Shown: positions 27,514 through 35,505 of the stretch, one piece after another
How the letters are laid out: every line of letters starts with the position of its first letter
Numbering within the stretch: position 1 is the stretch's first letter
NCBI GenBank assembly: GCA_051297135.1
Contig: JBEVAM010000004.1
Location: 2,823-66,822 of the forward strand
DNA length: 64,000 nucleotides
Reading direction: 5' to 3'
From: Halothiobacillaceae bacterium
GTDB lineage: Bacteria > Pseudomonadota > Gammaproteobacteria > Halothiobacillales > Halothiobacillaceae
Notes under the pieces: model-generated
What the model saw: the letters and a program-made list of their open reading frames with translations, nothing else
The model's database searches: none
Told to the model about the DNA's origin: nothing
Program-made: the position numbers and the translations under genes

Positions 27514-27771
27514 TCAGGCGGGGATCACGCTCACGTAACGACGATTGTGCGGGCCCTTGACCTCAAATTTGACGATGCCATCGACCTTGGCGAACAGGGT
27601 ATAGTCCTTGCCGCAACCGACGTTGGCGCCCGGATGGAACTGGGTGCCGCGCTGACGGACGATGATGTTGCCCGCCGTGGCCATCTGGCCGCCGTAGAGC
27701 TTCACACCCAGACGCTTGGATTCAGAGTCGCGACCATTGCGGGAACTCCCCGCGGCCTTCTTGTGTGCCAT
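27514..27771 (-). CDS. rpmA: 50S ribosomal protein L27
   Basis: 85 aa, [24 protein letters not shown]. Confidence 0.97.
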   Translation of the reverse strand: MAHKKAAGSSRNGRDSESKRLGVKLYGGQMATAGNIIVRQRGTQFHPGANVGCGKDYTLFAKVDGIVKFEVKGPHNRRYVSVIPA

Positions 27772-27786
27772 GACGCGTTACCTCGA

Positions 27787-28098
27787 TTAAGCGGAAATAG
27801 AGGTGATTTTCAGTTCGGTGAAATACTGACGGTGTCCCATGCGCTTCATGTGGTGCTTGCGACGACGGAACTTCAGGATTTCGACCTTTTTGTGGCGACC
27901 GTGGCCCAGCACCTCGGCAGAGACCTTGGCGCCTTCGACCAGCGGGGAACCGACCTTGAACTGGGTGCCGTCAGCCACCAGCAGCACCTGATCGAGCTCG
28001 ACGGTCGAGCCTACCTCGGCGGCCAGCAGCTCGACGCGCAGGCGCTCGCCCTGCTCAACACGATACTGCTTACCGCCAGTCACGATCACTGCGTACAT
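27787..28098 (-). CDS. rplU: 50S ribosomal protein L21
   Basis: The start is set at ATG 28098 ([14 protein letters not shown]), giving 103 aa. GGAG lies upstream. Confidence 0.97.
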   Translation of the reverse strand: MYAVIVTGGKQYRVEQGERLRVELLAAEVGSTVELDQVLLVADGTQFKVGSPLVEGAKVSAEVLGHGRHKKVEILKFRRRKHHMKRMGHRQYFTELKITSISA

Positions 28099-28142
28099 GA
28101 TGGTGTGCTCCAAAAATGAATGTGCCAATATAAAGGGCGCGC

Positions 28143-28171
28143 ATTGTAATCGCTCGACCCCCTCACGTCAA
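28143..28171 (-). promoter_or_regulatory. putative sigma70 promoter of rplU-rpmA(-obg-proB)
   Basis: The minus strand reads TTGACG (28171-28166), a 17-nt spacer, then TACAAT (28148-28143). It lies about 45 nt upstream of the rplU ATG. Confidence 0.5.
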
Positions 28172-28188
28172 ATCAAAACCTGCCCGCC

Positions 28189-28218
28189 TTGACACCCTAC
28201 CATGGACCTGCCTAGCAT
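28189..28218 (+). promoter_or_regulatory. putative sigma70 promoter of ispB
   Basis: TTGACA (28189-28194), an 18-nt spacer, then TAGCAT (28213-28218). It lies about 48 nt upstream of the ispB ATG. Confidence 0.35.
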
Positions 28219-28265
28219 CGCGGACGTTCCGTAACGACTCCACCATAAGACCAAAGCGACTTCGG

Positions 28266-29234
28266 ATGAATCTCGAGCAGGTGCGCATTGCCACGGCGGA
28301 CGACATGGCCCGCGTCAATCAACTGATCGAGCGCAGCCTGCACTCGGAGGTCGCCCTGATCCGACAGATCGCGACCTATATCATACACGGTGGCGGCAAG
28401 CGCCTACGCCCTCTCTTGCACCTGCTGGCCGCGCGCGCGGCCGGCTACGAGGGCGAGCACCACTATACCCTTGCGGCAGTGATCGAATTCATCCACACCT
28501 CCACCCTGCTGCACGACGACGTGGTGGACGAGTCCGGCATGCGCCGTGGCCGTAAGACCGCCAACGCCGTGTTCGGCAATGCCGCGAGCGTGCTGGTCGG
28601 CGATTTCCTCTATTCGCGTGCGTTCCAGCTGATGGTCAGCACCGGCAGCATGCGCGTGCTGGAAATCCTCGCCAACTCCACCAACATCATCGCCGAAGGC
28701 GAGGTCATGCAGCTGATGAACTGCCATGACCCTGACATCACCGAAGAGCGCTACATGGAGGTCATCCGCTGCAAGACCGCGCAGCTGTTCGAGGCTGCCG
28801 GCCGCCTCGGCGCAGTGCTGGCCGGGGCACCAACCGAGGTGGAGCAGGCGCTCGCAACCTACGGCCTGCATTTGGGCAATGCCTTCCAGCTGATGGATGA
28901 CATCCTGGACTACCAGGCCAGCCCCGAGAAGCTCGGCAAGAACATTGGCAACGACCTGGCCGAAGGCAAGCCAACCCTCCCTCTGATCCACGCCATCCGC
29001 CACGCCCCCCCCGAACAGGCGGCCATGATCCGCCAGGCCATCGAGCAAGGAGGCGTGGAGAATCTACCGGTCGTACTCGAGGCTATTGCAAACGCCGGAT
29101 CACTTGCCTATACTACCCACCTTGCAATGAGCGAGGCCGAACAAGCCATCGCTGCCCTCGCCATCCTGCCCCCGTCGCCGCAGCGCGAAGCACTCGAAAG
29201 CATTGCTCGTTTTGCCGCAGCCCGGGATCACTAG
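28266..29234 (+). CDS. ispB: octaprenyl-diphosphate synthase
   Basis: Two Asp-rich motifs, LLHDDVVDES and FQLMDDILDY. It is divergent from rplU, as in many proteobacteria. Confidence 0.9.
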   Translation: MNLEQVRIATADDMARVNQLIERSLHSEVALIRQIATYIIHGGGKRLRPLLHLLAARAAGYEGEHHYTLAAVIEFIHTSTLLHDDVVDESGMRRGRKTANAVFGNAASVLVGDFLYSRAFQLMVSTGSMRVLEILANSTNIIAEGEVMQLMNCHDPDITEERYMEVIRCKTAQLFEAAGRLGAVLAGAPTEVEQALATYGLHLGNAFQLMDDILDYQASPEKLGKNIGNDLAEGKPTLPLIHAIRHAPPEQAAMIRQAIEQGGVENLPVVLEAIANAGSLAYTTHLAMSEAEQAIAALAILPPSPQREALESIARFAAARDH

Positions 29235-29374
29235 CAGGGTGTCGAAAAGAGGCCCCCTGCCTCCTTTCAATGGGTCTCACCGCGACGTAGACCATACCTC
29301 GCAGAAGCTTCGGCCATGAGTGACCGAAGGGCCCAAAAGGAGGAACCCACGGCGGCCTCCAAAGATCATGATCT

Positions 29375-29402
29375 TTGCGCAAGCCATGGCTTGCTTTACC
29401 AT
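29375..29402 (+). promoter_or_regulatory. possible promoter of tRNA-Pro
   Basis: TTGCGC (29375-29380), a 16-nt spacer, then TACCAT (29397-29402), ending 8 nt before the mature tRNA 5' end. Confidence 0.3.
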
Positions 29403-29410
29403 CAATCAGT

Positions 29411-29487
29411 CGGAGTGTAGCTCAGCCTGGTAGAGCACTACGTTCGGGACGTAGGGGTCGTAGGTTCAAATCCTGTCACTCCGACCA
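29411..29487 (+). tRNA. tRNA-Pro (anticodon CGG)
   Basis: The cloverleaf reads by eye as follows. The acceptor stem CGGAGTG pairs with CACTCCG. The D arm is GCTC..GAGC. The anticodon stem CTACG/CGTAG carries the loop TTCGGGA. The T arm is GTAGG-TTCAAAT-CCTGT. CCA is encoded. It is very similar to E. coli proK. Confidence 0.95.
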
Positions 29488-29626
29488 TCTCTTCATCCCG
29501 CACCTTCTGATCCGCTCACCCAAGTGCCATGAAGACCTCACTTGTGGGTCTTGCCTTGGTTGTGCCAACCGTTCGGGCCATCCACTGACCCAGCCCTGCG
29601 CAGGGAGCCCCCACCCATTGGAAGTC

Positions 29627-29728
29627 CTAGGGAAGCGCTGAATAAGTTTGCGCAACCGGCTTGCGGCATTGCGCGGTGCACCCATCGCCTTGCAATCCTG
29701 CTCGCCACCTTATTCAGCGCTTCCCTAG
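29627..29728. repeat. 102-bp element bounded by a perfect 20-bp inverted repeat (MITE/REP-like or long terminator hairpin)
   Basis: CTAGGGAAGCGCTGAATAAG (29627-29646) and its exact reverse complement CTTATTCAGCGCTTCCCTAG (29709-29728) flank a 62-nt spacer. The right arm overlaps the lpxL stop codon (29725-29727). Confidence 0.8.
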
Positions 29729-30651
29729 TACAAGCGCGGCTGTCCCTCCGGCCGCGTTTTGAACAGCTTGAAACTCCACATGTATTGCGTCGGATCCTCG
29801 CGGATCATGGACTCAAGTACCGCATTCATACGCATGGTATCCGCCACCACGTCCTCGCTGGGAAAGTCTTCCAACGGCGGATGAATACGGATGTGGTATA
29901 GGCCAGTCTTGGGATCAAGGTGGGTGATGTAGGGCAAAACCTGCGCATCACCGAGTCTCGCCAGGCGGCCAAGCACGGGGACGGTCGACTTGGGCACACC
30001 GAAGAACGGCGCAAACACTGCATGCTTCGGGCCAAGGTCCTCGTCCGGGATGTAATACACCAAGGTGCCTGCCTTGAGCGCCTTGACCAGCGGGCGCAGC
30101 CCCTCTTGGCGAGCCATCAACTGGGCACCAAAGCGGGTGCGACCATGCGCCATCCAGGCATCCAGGAAGGGCTTGCCCGTGGGGTTGTAAGGGCCTGCCC
30201 CACCACCGCAGGCCTGCGACAGATAGGCCGCGCCCATGTCCAGGCCCACCACATGCCCCGTGACCACCAGCGGCGCACGCCCCGAGGCCAACGCAGCCAT
30301 GAGGTGCTCCTCCCCGTGCACCCGCCAACGTTTCGCCAAGGCCTTGCGGCTACGCAGCCAGAGATAGCCAAGGTCGAGCAGGGCTTGCCCTGCACGCTCG
30401 AAGGATTGCCGCGCAAGCCATGCGCGCCTGGCCTCGTCCAGCTCAGGGAAGGCAAGGCCCAAATTGATTTCGACGATCCTCCGCCGCTTGGCATTGCGTC
30501 GCATCATCTGCCGCCCAAGCCAGGCGCCAAACCGCATGCGCAGGCCCACCGGGAGCCAGGCGATGCCCCACAGCACAAGGATGCCCAACCACATCCCAAA
30601 GTAACGCGGATGCCACAAGGCGGGATCTTTGAGCGGGGCGGGAAGACTCAT
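29725..30651 (-). CDS. lpxL: lipid A biosynthesis lauroyl/late acyltransferase
   Basis: The start is ATG 30651 (MSLPAPLKDPALWHPRYFGMW). HX4D motif HVVGLD, YYIPDEDLG, and C-terminal FKTRPEG. The 52-codon upstream extension in the ORF track is rejected. Confidence 0.85.
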   Translation of the reverse strand: MSLPAPLKDPALWHPRYFGMWLGILVLWGIAWLPVGLRMRFGAWLGRQMMRRNAKRRRIVEINLGLAFPELDEARRAWLARQSFERAGQALLDLGYLWLRSRKALAKRWRVHGEEHLMAALASGRAPLVVTGHVVGLDMGAAYLSQACGGGAGPYNPTGKPFLDAWMAHGRTRFGAQLMARQEGLRPLVKALKAGTLVYYIPDEDLGPKHAVFAPFFGVPKSTVPVLGRLARLGDAQVLPYITHLDPKTGLYHIRIHPPLEDFPSEDVVADTMRMNAVLESMIREDPTQYMWSFKLFKTRPEGQPRLY

Positions 30652-31220
30652 GGCTTGGCCCCCACCAGGGCCGCCACGGCCCGAAGGCCCTGGCCTAGGT
30701 CGCCGAACGGGCCATCCTCGCGGTAGACCACAAGGCGCAGCGGCCGACAGAGTTGGAGCAATTCGCAAGGCTCGAGCAGGAAGGCGGGATTGGAGGGGGT
30801 CGAGCATCCCTCCGGGCGCTCAGTGGTGAAGGTCTGGTAGAACAACAGGCCGTCGGGACGCAGGGCGGCGAGCAGGTGAGGAATCAAGCCGCGCTCGAGG
30901 AAATCGCTAACGACGATCACATCGAAGGACGCAGGCACAGGCGGCGCGATCACGACATCGCGCACCGCACCGTGCACGGCAAGACCACGTCGCCCCGCCT
31001 CCTCCCCAAGACGCTCGATCGCCACCGGGGAGAAATCCCAGGCCTGCACCCGCAGGCCATGCTCGGCCAGCAGCAAGGCGTTCGCCCCCAGACCACAAGC
31101 GAGGTCCAGGGCGTCCCCCGCCGCAGGCAGCAGGTGGACATGCTCGCGCAGTACCCAGGCCGCCGCGCCGCACTCGGCATCCGTATAGCGGCTATTCCAG
31201 AGATCGACGCGTGTGCTCAT
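30648..31220 (-). CDS. class I SAM-dependent methyltransferase (TehB-like)
   Basis: SAM motif I LDLACGLGANALLLAEHG, 190 aa. ATGA overlaps occur with both neighbours. Confidence 0.75.
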   Translation of the reverse strand: MSTRVDLWNSRYTDAECGAAAWVLREHVHLLPAAGDALDLACGLGANALLLAEHGLRVQAWDFSPVAIERLGEEAGRRGLAVHGAVRDVVIAPPVPASFDVIVVSDFLERGLIPHLLAALRPDGLLFYQTFTTERPEGCSTPSNPAFLLEPCELLQLCRPLRLVVYREDGPFGDLGQGLRAVAALVGAKP

Positions 31221-32668
31221 CGGCGCCAGAACATCGGTGTGAACAGAACGAGCAAGGTGAAGACCTCAAGACGCCCCAGGATCATCGCCAAGCACCCCAC
31301 CCACTTGGCCGCATCCGGGACGGAGGCGAAGTTGCCCGCGACATCGCCAAGCCCCGGCCCGAGGTTATTGAGGGTGGCGGCCACCGCACCGAAGGCGGTC
31401 ACCTCATCCAGGCCAATGCCCATCATGACCAAGGTGAGGACGATGAAGATGCCGATATAGGCGGAAAAAAAACCCCACACGGCCTGGATGACACGATCTG
31501 GCACCACGTGAGAACCGATCTTGACCGGAAGCTCGGCCTGCGGGTGGACCAACTGCTTGAGCTCGCGCACTCCCTGCTTGATGAGCAGCATCACGCGCAA
31601 GACCTTCAGGCCGCCGCCGGTGGAACCGGTGCTGCCCCCCATGAAGGCCAAAAGCACGATCAGCACCGGCAGAAAGGACGGCCAGAGAGTGATGTCGGCG
31701 GTGGCAAAGCCCGTCGTGGTGGCATAGGACACGACATTGAAGGCAGCGTAGCGAAGGGCGGTAAGAAAATCGTCGTAGACACCCCCACCCCAGAGCATCA
31801 GGCTAAAAAAGAGCACCATGGACAACAACACACCGACGTAGAAGCGAAACTCCGAGTCGTTCCAATAGCCTGCCAGGCTGCGCCTATTCCAGGCGAGGAA
31901 ATGCAGGGCGAAGTTGGCCCCGGAGACCAGCATGAAGAAGGTGGCCATGCCATCCAGCCAGGGGGAGTCGTAGTAGGCAAAGCCCGCATCATGGGTGGAG
32001 AAGCCGCCGATGGCGACCGTCGCAAAACTGTGGCCGATGGCGTCGAACCAACTCATGCCACCGATACGATAAGCGATGGCGGCGGCAATGGTGATGCCCA
32101 CATAGATGTACCAGAGCATCTTGGCGGTATCCGCGATGCGCGCCGTGAGCTTGGCGTCCTTCATCGGCCCCGGGTATTCGGCCTTGTACAGCTGCATGCC
32201 GCCCACGCCTAGCAGCGGGAGGATGGCCACCGCGAGCACGACGATGCCCATGCCCCCCAGCCACTGCAGTTCCTGGCGGTAGAACCGGATGCTGTGCGGC
32301 AACTCGTCGATGCCGGTCAACACCGTCGCTCCCGTGGTGGTGAGCCCCGAGATGGCCTCGAACACGGCATCGGTGAGGGACATGTCGGGCACATCAGCAA
32401 GGTAGAAAGGCACCGCCCCCGATACCCCCAGCACGATCCAGAACATCACCACGATGACGAAGCCATCGCGCAGTTTGAGTTCGCGCGCCAGGCGGCGTAC
32501 CGGCCAAAAGATCAACAGGCCGAGACCGAACAGCCAGGCAAAGCCCTGCACGAAAGGCAGTACTGCCCCATCACCAAAGTACAGCCCGACCACAGCAGGC
32601 GGCAGCATCGATAGGCTGAAGATCATCAGCAACACGCCAAGCACACGCTGGACCGCGGAGAAGTGCAT
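31217..32668 (-). CDS. trkH: Trk-type potassium uptake protein TrkH
   Basis: 483 aa, polytopic, with repeated M1-P-M2 units carrying a selectivity-filter-like TTGF/TTG motif. It follows trkA. Confidence 0.92.
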   Translation of the reverse strand: MHFSAVQRVLGVLLMIFSLSMLPPAVVGLYFGDGAVLPFVQGFAWLFGLGLLIFWPVRRLARELKLRDGFVIVVMFWIVLGVSGAVPFYLADVPDMSLTDAVFEAISGLTTTGATVLTGIDELPHSIRFYRQELQWLGGMGIVVLAVAILPLLGVGGMQLYKAEYPGPMKDAKLTARIADTAKMLWYIYVGITIAAAIAYRIGGMSWFDAIGHSFATVAIGGFSTHDAGFAYYDSPWLDGMATFFMLVSGANFALHFLAWNRRSLAGYWNDSEFRFYVGVLLSMVLFFSLMLWGGGVYDDFLTALRYAAFNVVSYATTTGFATADITLWPSFLPVLIVLLAFMGGSTGSTGGGLKVLRVMLLIKQGVRELKQLVHPQAELPVKIGSHVVPDRVIQAVWGFFSAYIGIFIVLTLVMMGIGLDEVTAFGAVAATLNNLGPGLGDVAGNFASVPDAAKWVGCLAMILGRLEVFTLLVLFTPMFWRR

Positions 32669-32676
32669 GGCTCGCC

Positions 32677-34059
32677 CTACCCGAAGAAACTGAAGCCGAC
32701 CTGGAACAGCTGCTCCACCTCGTGCACGCGGCGCTTGTCGGTCAGAAACAGGATCACGTGGTCGTCCGACGCGATGACCGTGTCATGATGGGCGATGATG
32801 ACCTCATCTTCGTTGCGCACGATGGCACCGATAGTCACACCCTCGGGCAGTTTCAGTTCCTCGATACGCCGCCCGACCACGCGCGAGGTCAGCTTATCGC
32901 CCACGGCGATGATCTCCATCGCCTCCGCTGCGCCGCGGCGCAGGGAGTGGACTGTGGTGACCTTACCGCGGCGCACGTGGGCAAGCACGGCACTGACCGT
33001 GATCAGCTGTGGCGAAATGATGACATCGATCGCCGTGGCATCGATCAGGTCGACGTACACCGTGCGGTTGATGATCGCCATGGTCTTGCGCGCACCGAGG
33101 CGCTTGGCGAGCATAGCGGAGAGGATGTTGTTCTCGTCGTCGTTGGTGACCGCAAGAAACAGGTCCATGTCCTCGACATTCTCATCGCGCAACAGGTCCT
33201 CGTCGGTGGCGTCACCGCGCAGAACGATCCCTTCGTGCAGCTCCTCGGCCAGACGCTTGGCATTGACCGGATTATGCTCGATGACCTTGACCTGAGCGCG
33301 GTGCTCCAACGCCTTGGCCAGACCCCGCCCGATGTTACCGCCGCCTGCGATCATGATGCGCCGATAGGGGCGCTCCATGCGCCCAAGCTCGGCCATGACC
33401 ACGCGGATATGCTCGCGCGCGGCAATGAAGAACACCTCGTCCTCCGGCTCGATCACGGTGTCGCCAGTCGGCATGATGGCGTGGCCGCGACGGAAGATCG
33501 CCGCCACGCGGGTATCGACATTCGGCATGTGCGCGCGGATCTCGCGGATCGGCTGCCCGACCATCGGCCCGCCAGCGAAAGCTCGCACGCCTACCAGACG
33601 CACCTTGCCCCCAGCAAAGTCCAGCACCTGCAGGGAGCCCGGATAGGCCACCAGGCGCGCAATGTGTTCCTGGATCAGCGTCTCCGGGCTAATCACAACA
33701 TCGATCCTAAAATGGCCCTCATCGAAGATCGCAGGAATGGCCAGGTATTCCTGTGCACGCAGGCGGGCGATCTTGACCGGGGTATGAAACAGCTTCCAGG
33801 CCAGCTGGCAGGCCACCATGTTGACCTCATCGCTGTTGGTTACCGCCAACAGCATGTCGGCATCCCCCACGCCCGCCTCTTCCAGCACGGAAGGGTAAGA
33901 GGCCAAGCCGGCCACTGTGCGGATATCGAGCCTCTCCTGCAATTCGCGCAGCAGCGCGGCGTTGGTGTCCACCAGGGTGATGTCGTTGCTCGCCTCGCTG
34001 GCGAGCTGGGTGGCGACGGTGGTGCCGACCCGGCCGGCACCAAGGATGACGATCTTCAC
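32677..34059 (-). CDS. trkA: Trk system NAD-binding protein TrkA
   Basis: Two Rossmann repeats, ILGAGRVG and IAGGGNIG, each followed by a TrkA_C domain. 460 aa. Confidence 0.95.
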   Translation of the reverse strand: MKIVILGAGRVGTTVATQLASEASNDITLVDTNAALLRELQERLDIRTVAGLASYPSVLEEAGVGDADMLLAVTNSDEVNMVACQLAWKLFHTPVKIARLRAQEYLAIPAIFDEGHFRIDVVISPETLIQEHIARLVAYPGSLQVLDFAGGKVRLVGVRAFAGGPMVGQPIREIRAHMPNVDTRVAAIFRRGHAIMPTGDTVIEPEDEVFFIAAREHIRVVMAELGRMERPYRRIMIAGGGNIGRGLAKALEHRAQVKVIEHNPVNAKRLAEELHEGIVLRGDATDEDLLRDENVEDMDLFLAVTNDDENNILSAMLAKRLGARKTMAIINRTVYVDLIDATAIDVIISPQLITVSAVLAHVRRGKVTTVHSLRRGAAEAMEIIAVGDKLTSRVVGRRIEELKLPEGVTIGAIVRNEDEVIIAHHDTVIASDDHVILFLTDKRRVHEVEQLFQVGFSFFG

Positions 34060-35490
34060 TTACCAGCCCCTCTCGTCATCATCATCCCGCGGGGTGCTGT
34101 CCTTGATCCCGAGGGCCTTGAGCTTGCGGTAGAGGTTGGTGCGCTCCATGCCGGTGCGGCGGGCCAACTCGGTCATGCGACCACCGCACTGGCGCAGCTG
34201 GGCCTCGAGGTAAGCACGCTCGAAGGCATCGCGCGCATCGCGCAGCGGCTGGGCCAGTTCCACCTCCACTGTCAGACGCCCCCCTCGCTCGCGGACGATG
34301 GTCGCCACCCGCTCCGACATGCGCGCCCCCTGTGCGCCGAGGACCTGGCGGACCTCGGCCGAGGTGATGACCTCACCGGAGGCGAGGATGAGCAGGCGCT
34401 GCACCACATTCCTCAGCTCGCGCACATTGCCCGGCCAAGCGTAGCTGGTCAACAGGACGCGTGCCTCGGGGTCGAACCTGCGGGCGGGAAGGCCTTCCTG
34501 CTCCTGCGCGCGACGCAGCTCGTATTCGAGCAGCTGGGGGATATCTTCGGCATGATCGCGCAGCGGCGCAATGCGCAGCTGCAGGACTTGGAGATGGTGG
34601 TAGAGATCCTCGCGGAAACGCCCGGCGCGCACCTCCGCAGCCAGATCACGCGCAGTCGCGGCGATCACGCGCACGTCCACATGCACCGGTTCACTCCCCC
34701 CCACGCGCACGAGGCTCTGGCTCTCCAGTATGGACAAGAGCTGGGTCTGCACCCCTTTGTCAAGGTCGGCGACCTCGGCCAGGAACAGGGTACCGCCATG
34801 CGCCTGCTCGAGCAGGCCGTAGCGGATGCGATCGCTACCGTCCTCGCTGCCGAACAGTTCCACCGCCACGCCCTGGCGAGCGTTGAGGGTCGCAAGGTTG
34901 ACCTCGATGAAGGGTTGATGACGGCGCGGCCCGAGCCCGTGGATGTAGCGGGCAAAGGTTTGCTTGCCCACACCGGGCTCACCAAGGATCAGCATCCAGC
35001 CGTCGGCCTCAGCCAAGCGACGTGCCTGCGCCTTGAGCATCTGCATATAGGCCGAGTCGCCGACCGGCTCGAACAAGGCACGCACCTCGCGTTTGAGGCG
35101 GGCATTCTCCTGCGCCAAGCGCTGGGCCTGCAGGGCGTTCTCCACCGTCAGCAACAATTTGTCGAGCGAGAGCGGCTTCTCGAGAAAGTCGTAGGCACCA
35201 AAGCGGATGGCCTCCACCGCGGTCTCCAACGTGCCATGGCCGGACATCATCACCACCGGCGCCGGCAGCCCCCCATGGGCATGCCAGTACTTCAAGAGGC
35301 CAATGCCATCCATCTCAGGCATCCACACGTCGAGCAGGATCAGGTCGGCGCGACGGGCCTGCAGGGCCGCCTGGGCCTGCGCGGCCCCCTCGGCCACGGC
35401 CACACTGTAGCCCTCGTCCTCGAGGATGTCGCGAACGGACTCGCGGATATCCGGCTCGTCGTCGACGATCAGGATGTGTGCGTTAGGCAT
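34060..35490 (-). CDS. ntrX: NtrX-like response regulator (receiver plus AAA+ plus HTH, no GAFTGA)
   Basis: Receiver domain (ILIVDDEPDIR..DLILLDVWMPEMDG), Walker A GEPGVGKQ, and WPGNVRELRN. SEDGSDRIRY replaces the sigma54-contact GAFTGA loop. A C-terminal Fis-type HTH is present. Confidence 0.8.
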   Translation of the reverse strand: MPNAHILIVDDEPDIRESVRDILEDEGYSVAVAEGAAQAQAALQARRADLILLDVWMPEMDGIGLLKYWHAHGGLPAPVVMMSGHGTLETAVEAIRFGAYDFLEKPLSLDKLLLTVENALQAQRLAQENARLKREVRALFEPVGDSAYMQMLKAQARRLAEADGWMLILGEPGVGKQTFARYIHGLGPRRHQPFIEVNLATLNARQGVAVELFGSEDGSDRIRYGLLEQAHGGTLFLAEVADLDKGVQTQLLSILESQSLVRVGGSEPVHVDVRVIAATARDLAAEVRAGRFREDLYHHLQVLQLRIAPLRDHAEDIPQLLEYELRRAQEQEGLPARRFDPEARVLLTSYAWPGNVRELRNVVQRLLILASGEVITSAEVRQVLGAQGARMSERVATIVRERGGRLTVEVELAQPLRDARDAFERAYLEAQLRQCGGRMTELARRTGMERTNLYRKLKALGIKDSTPRDDDDERGW

Positions 35491-35505
35491 GTTTTCCTCA
35501 ACTGC

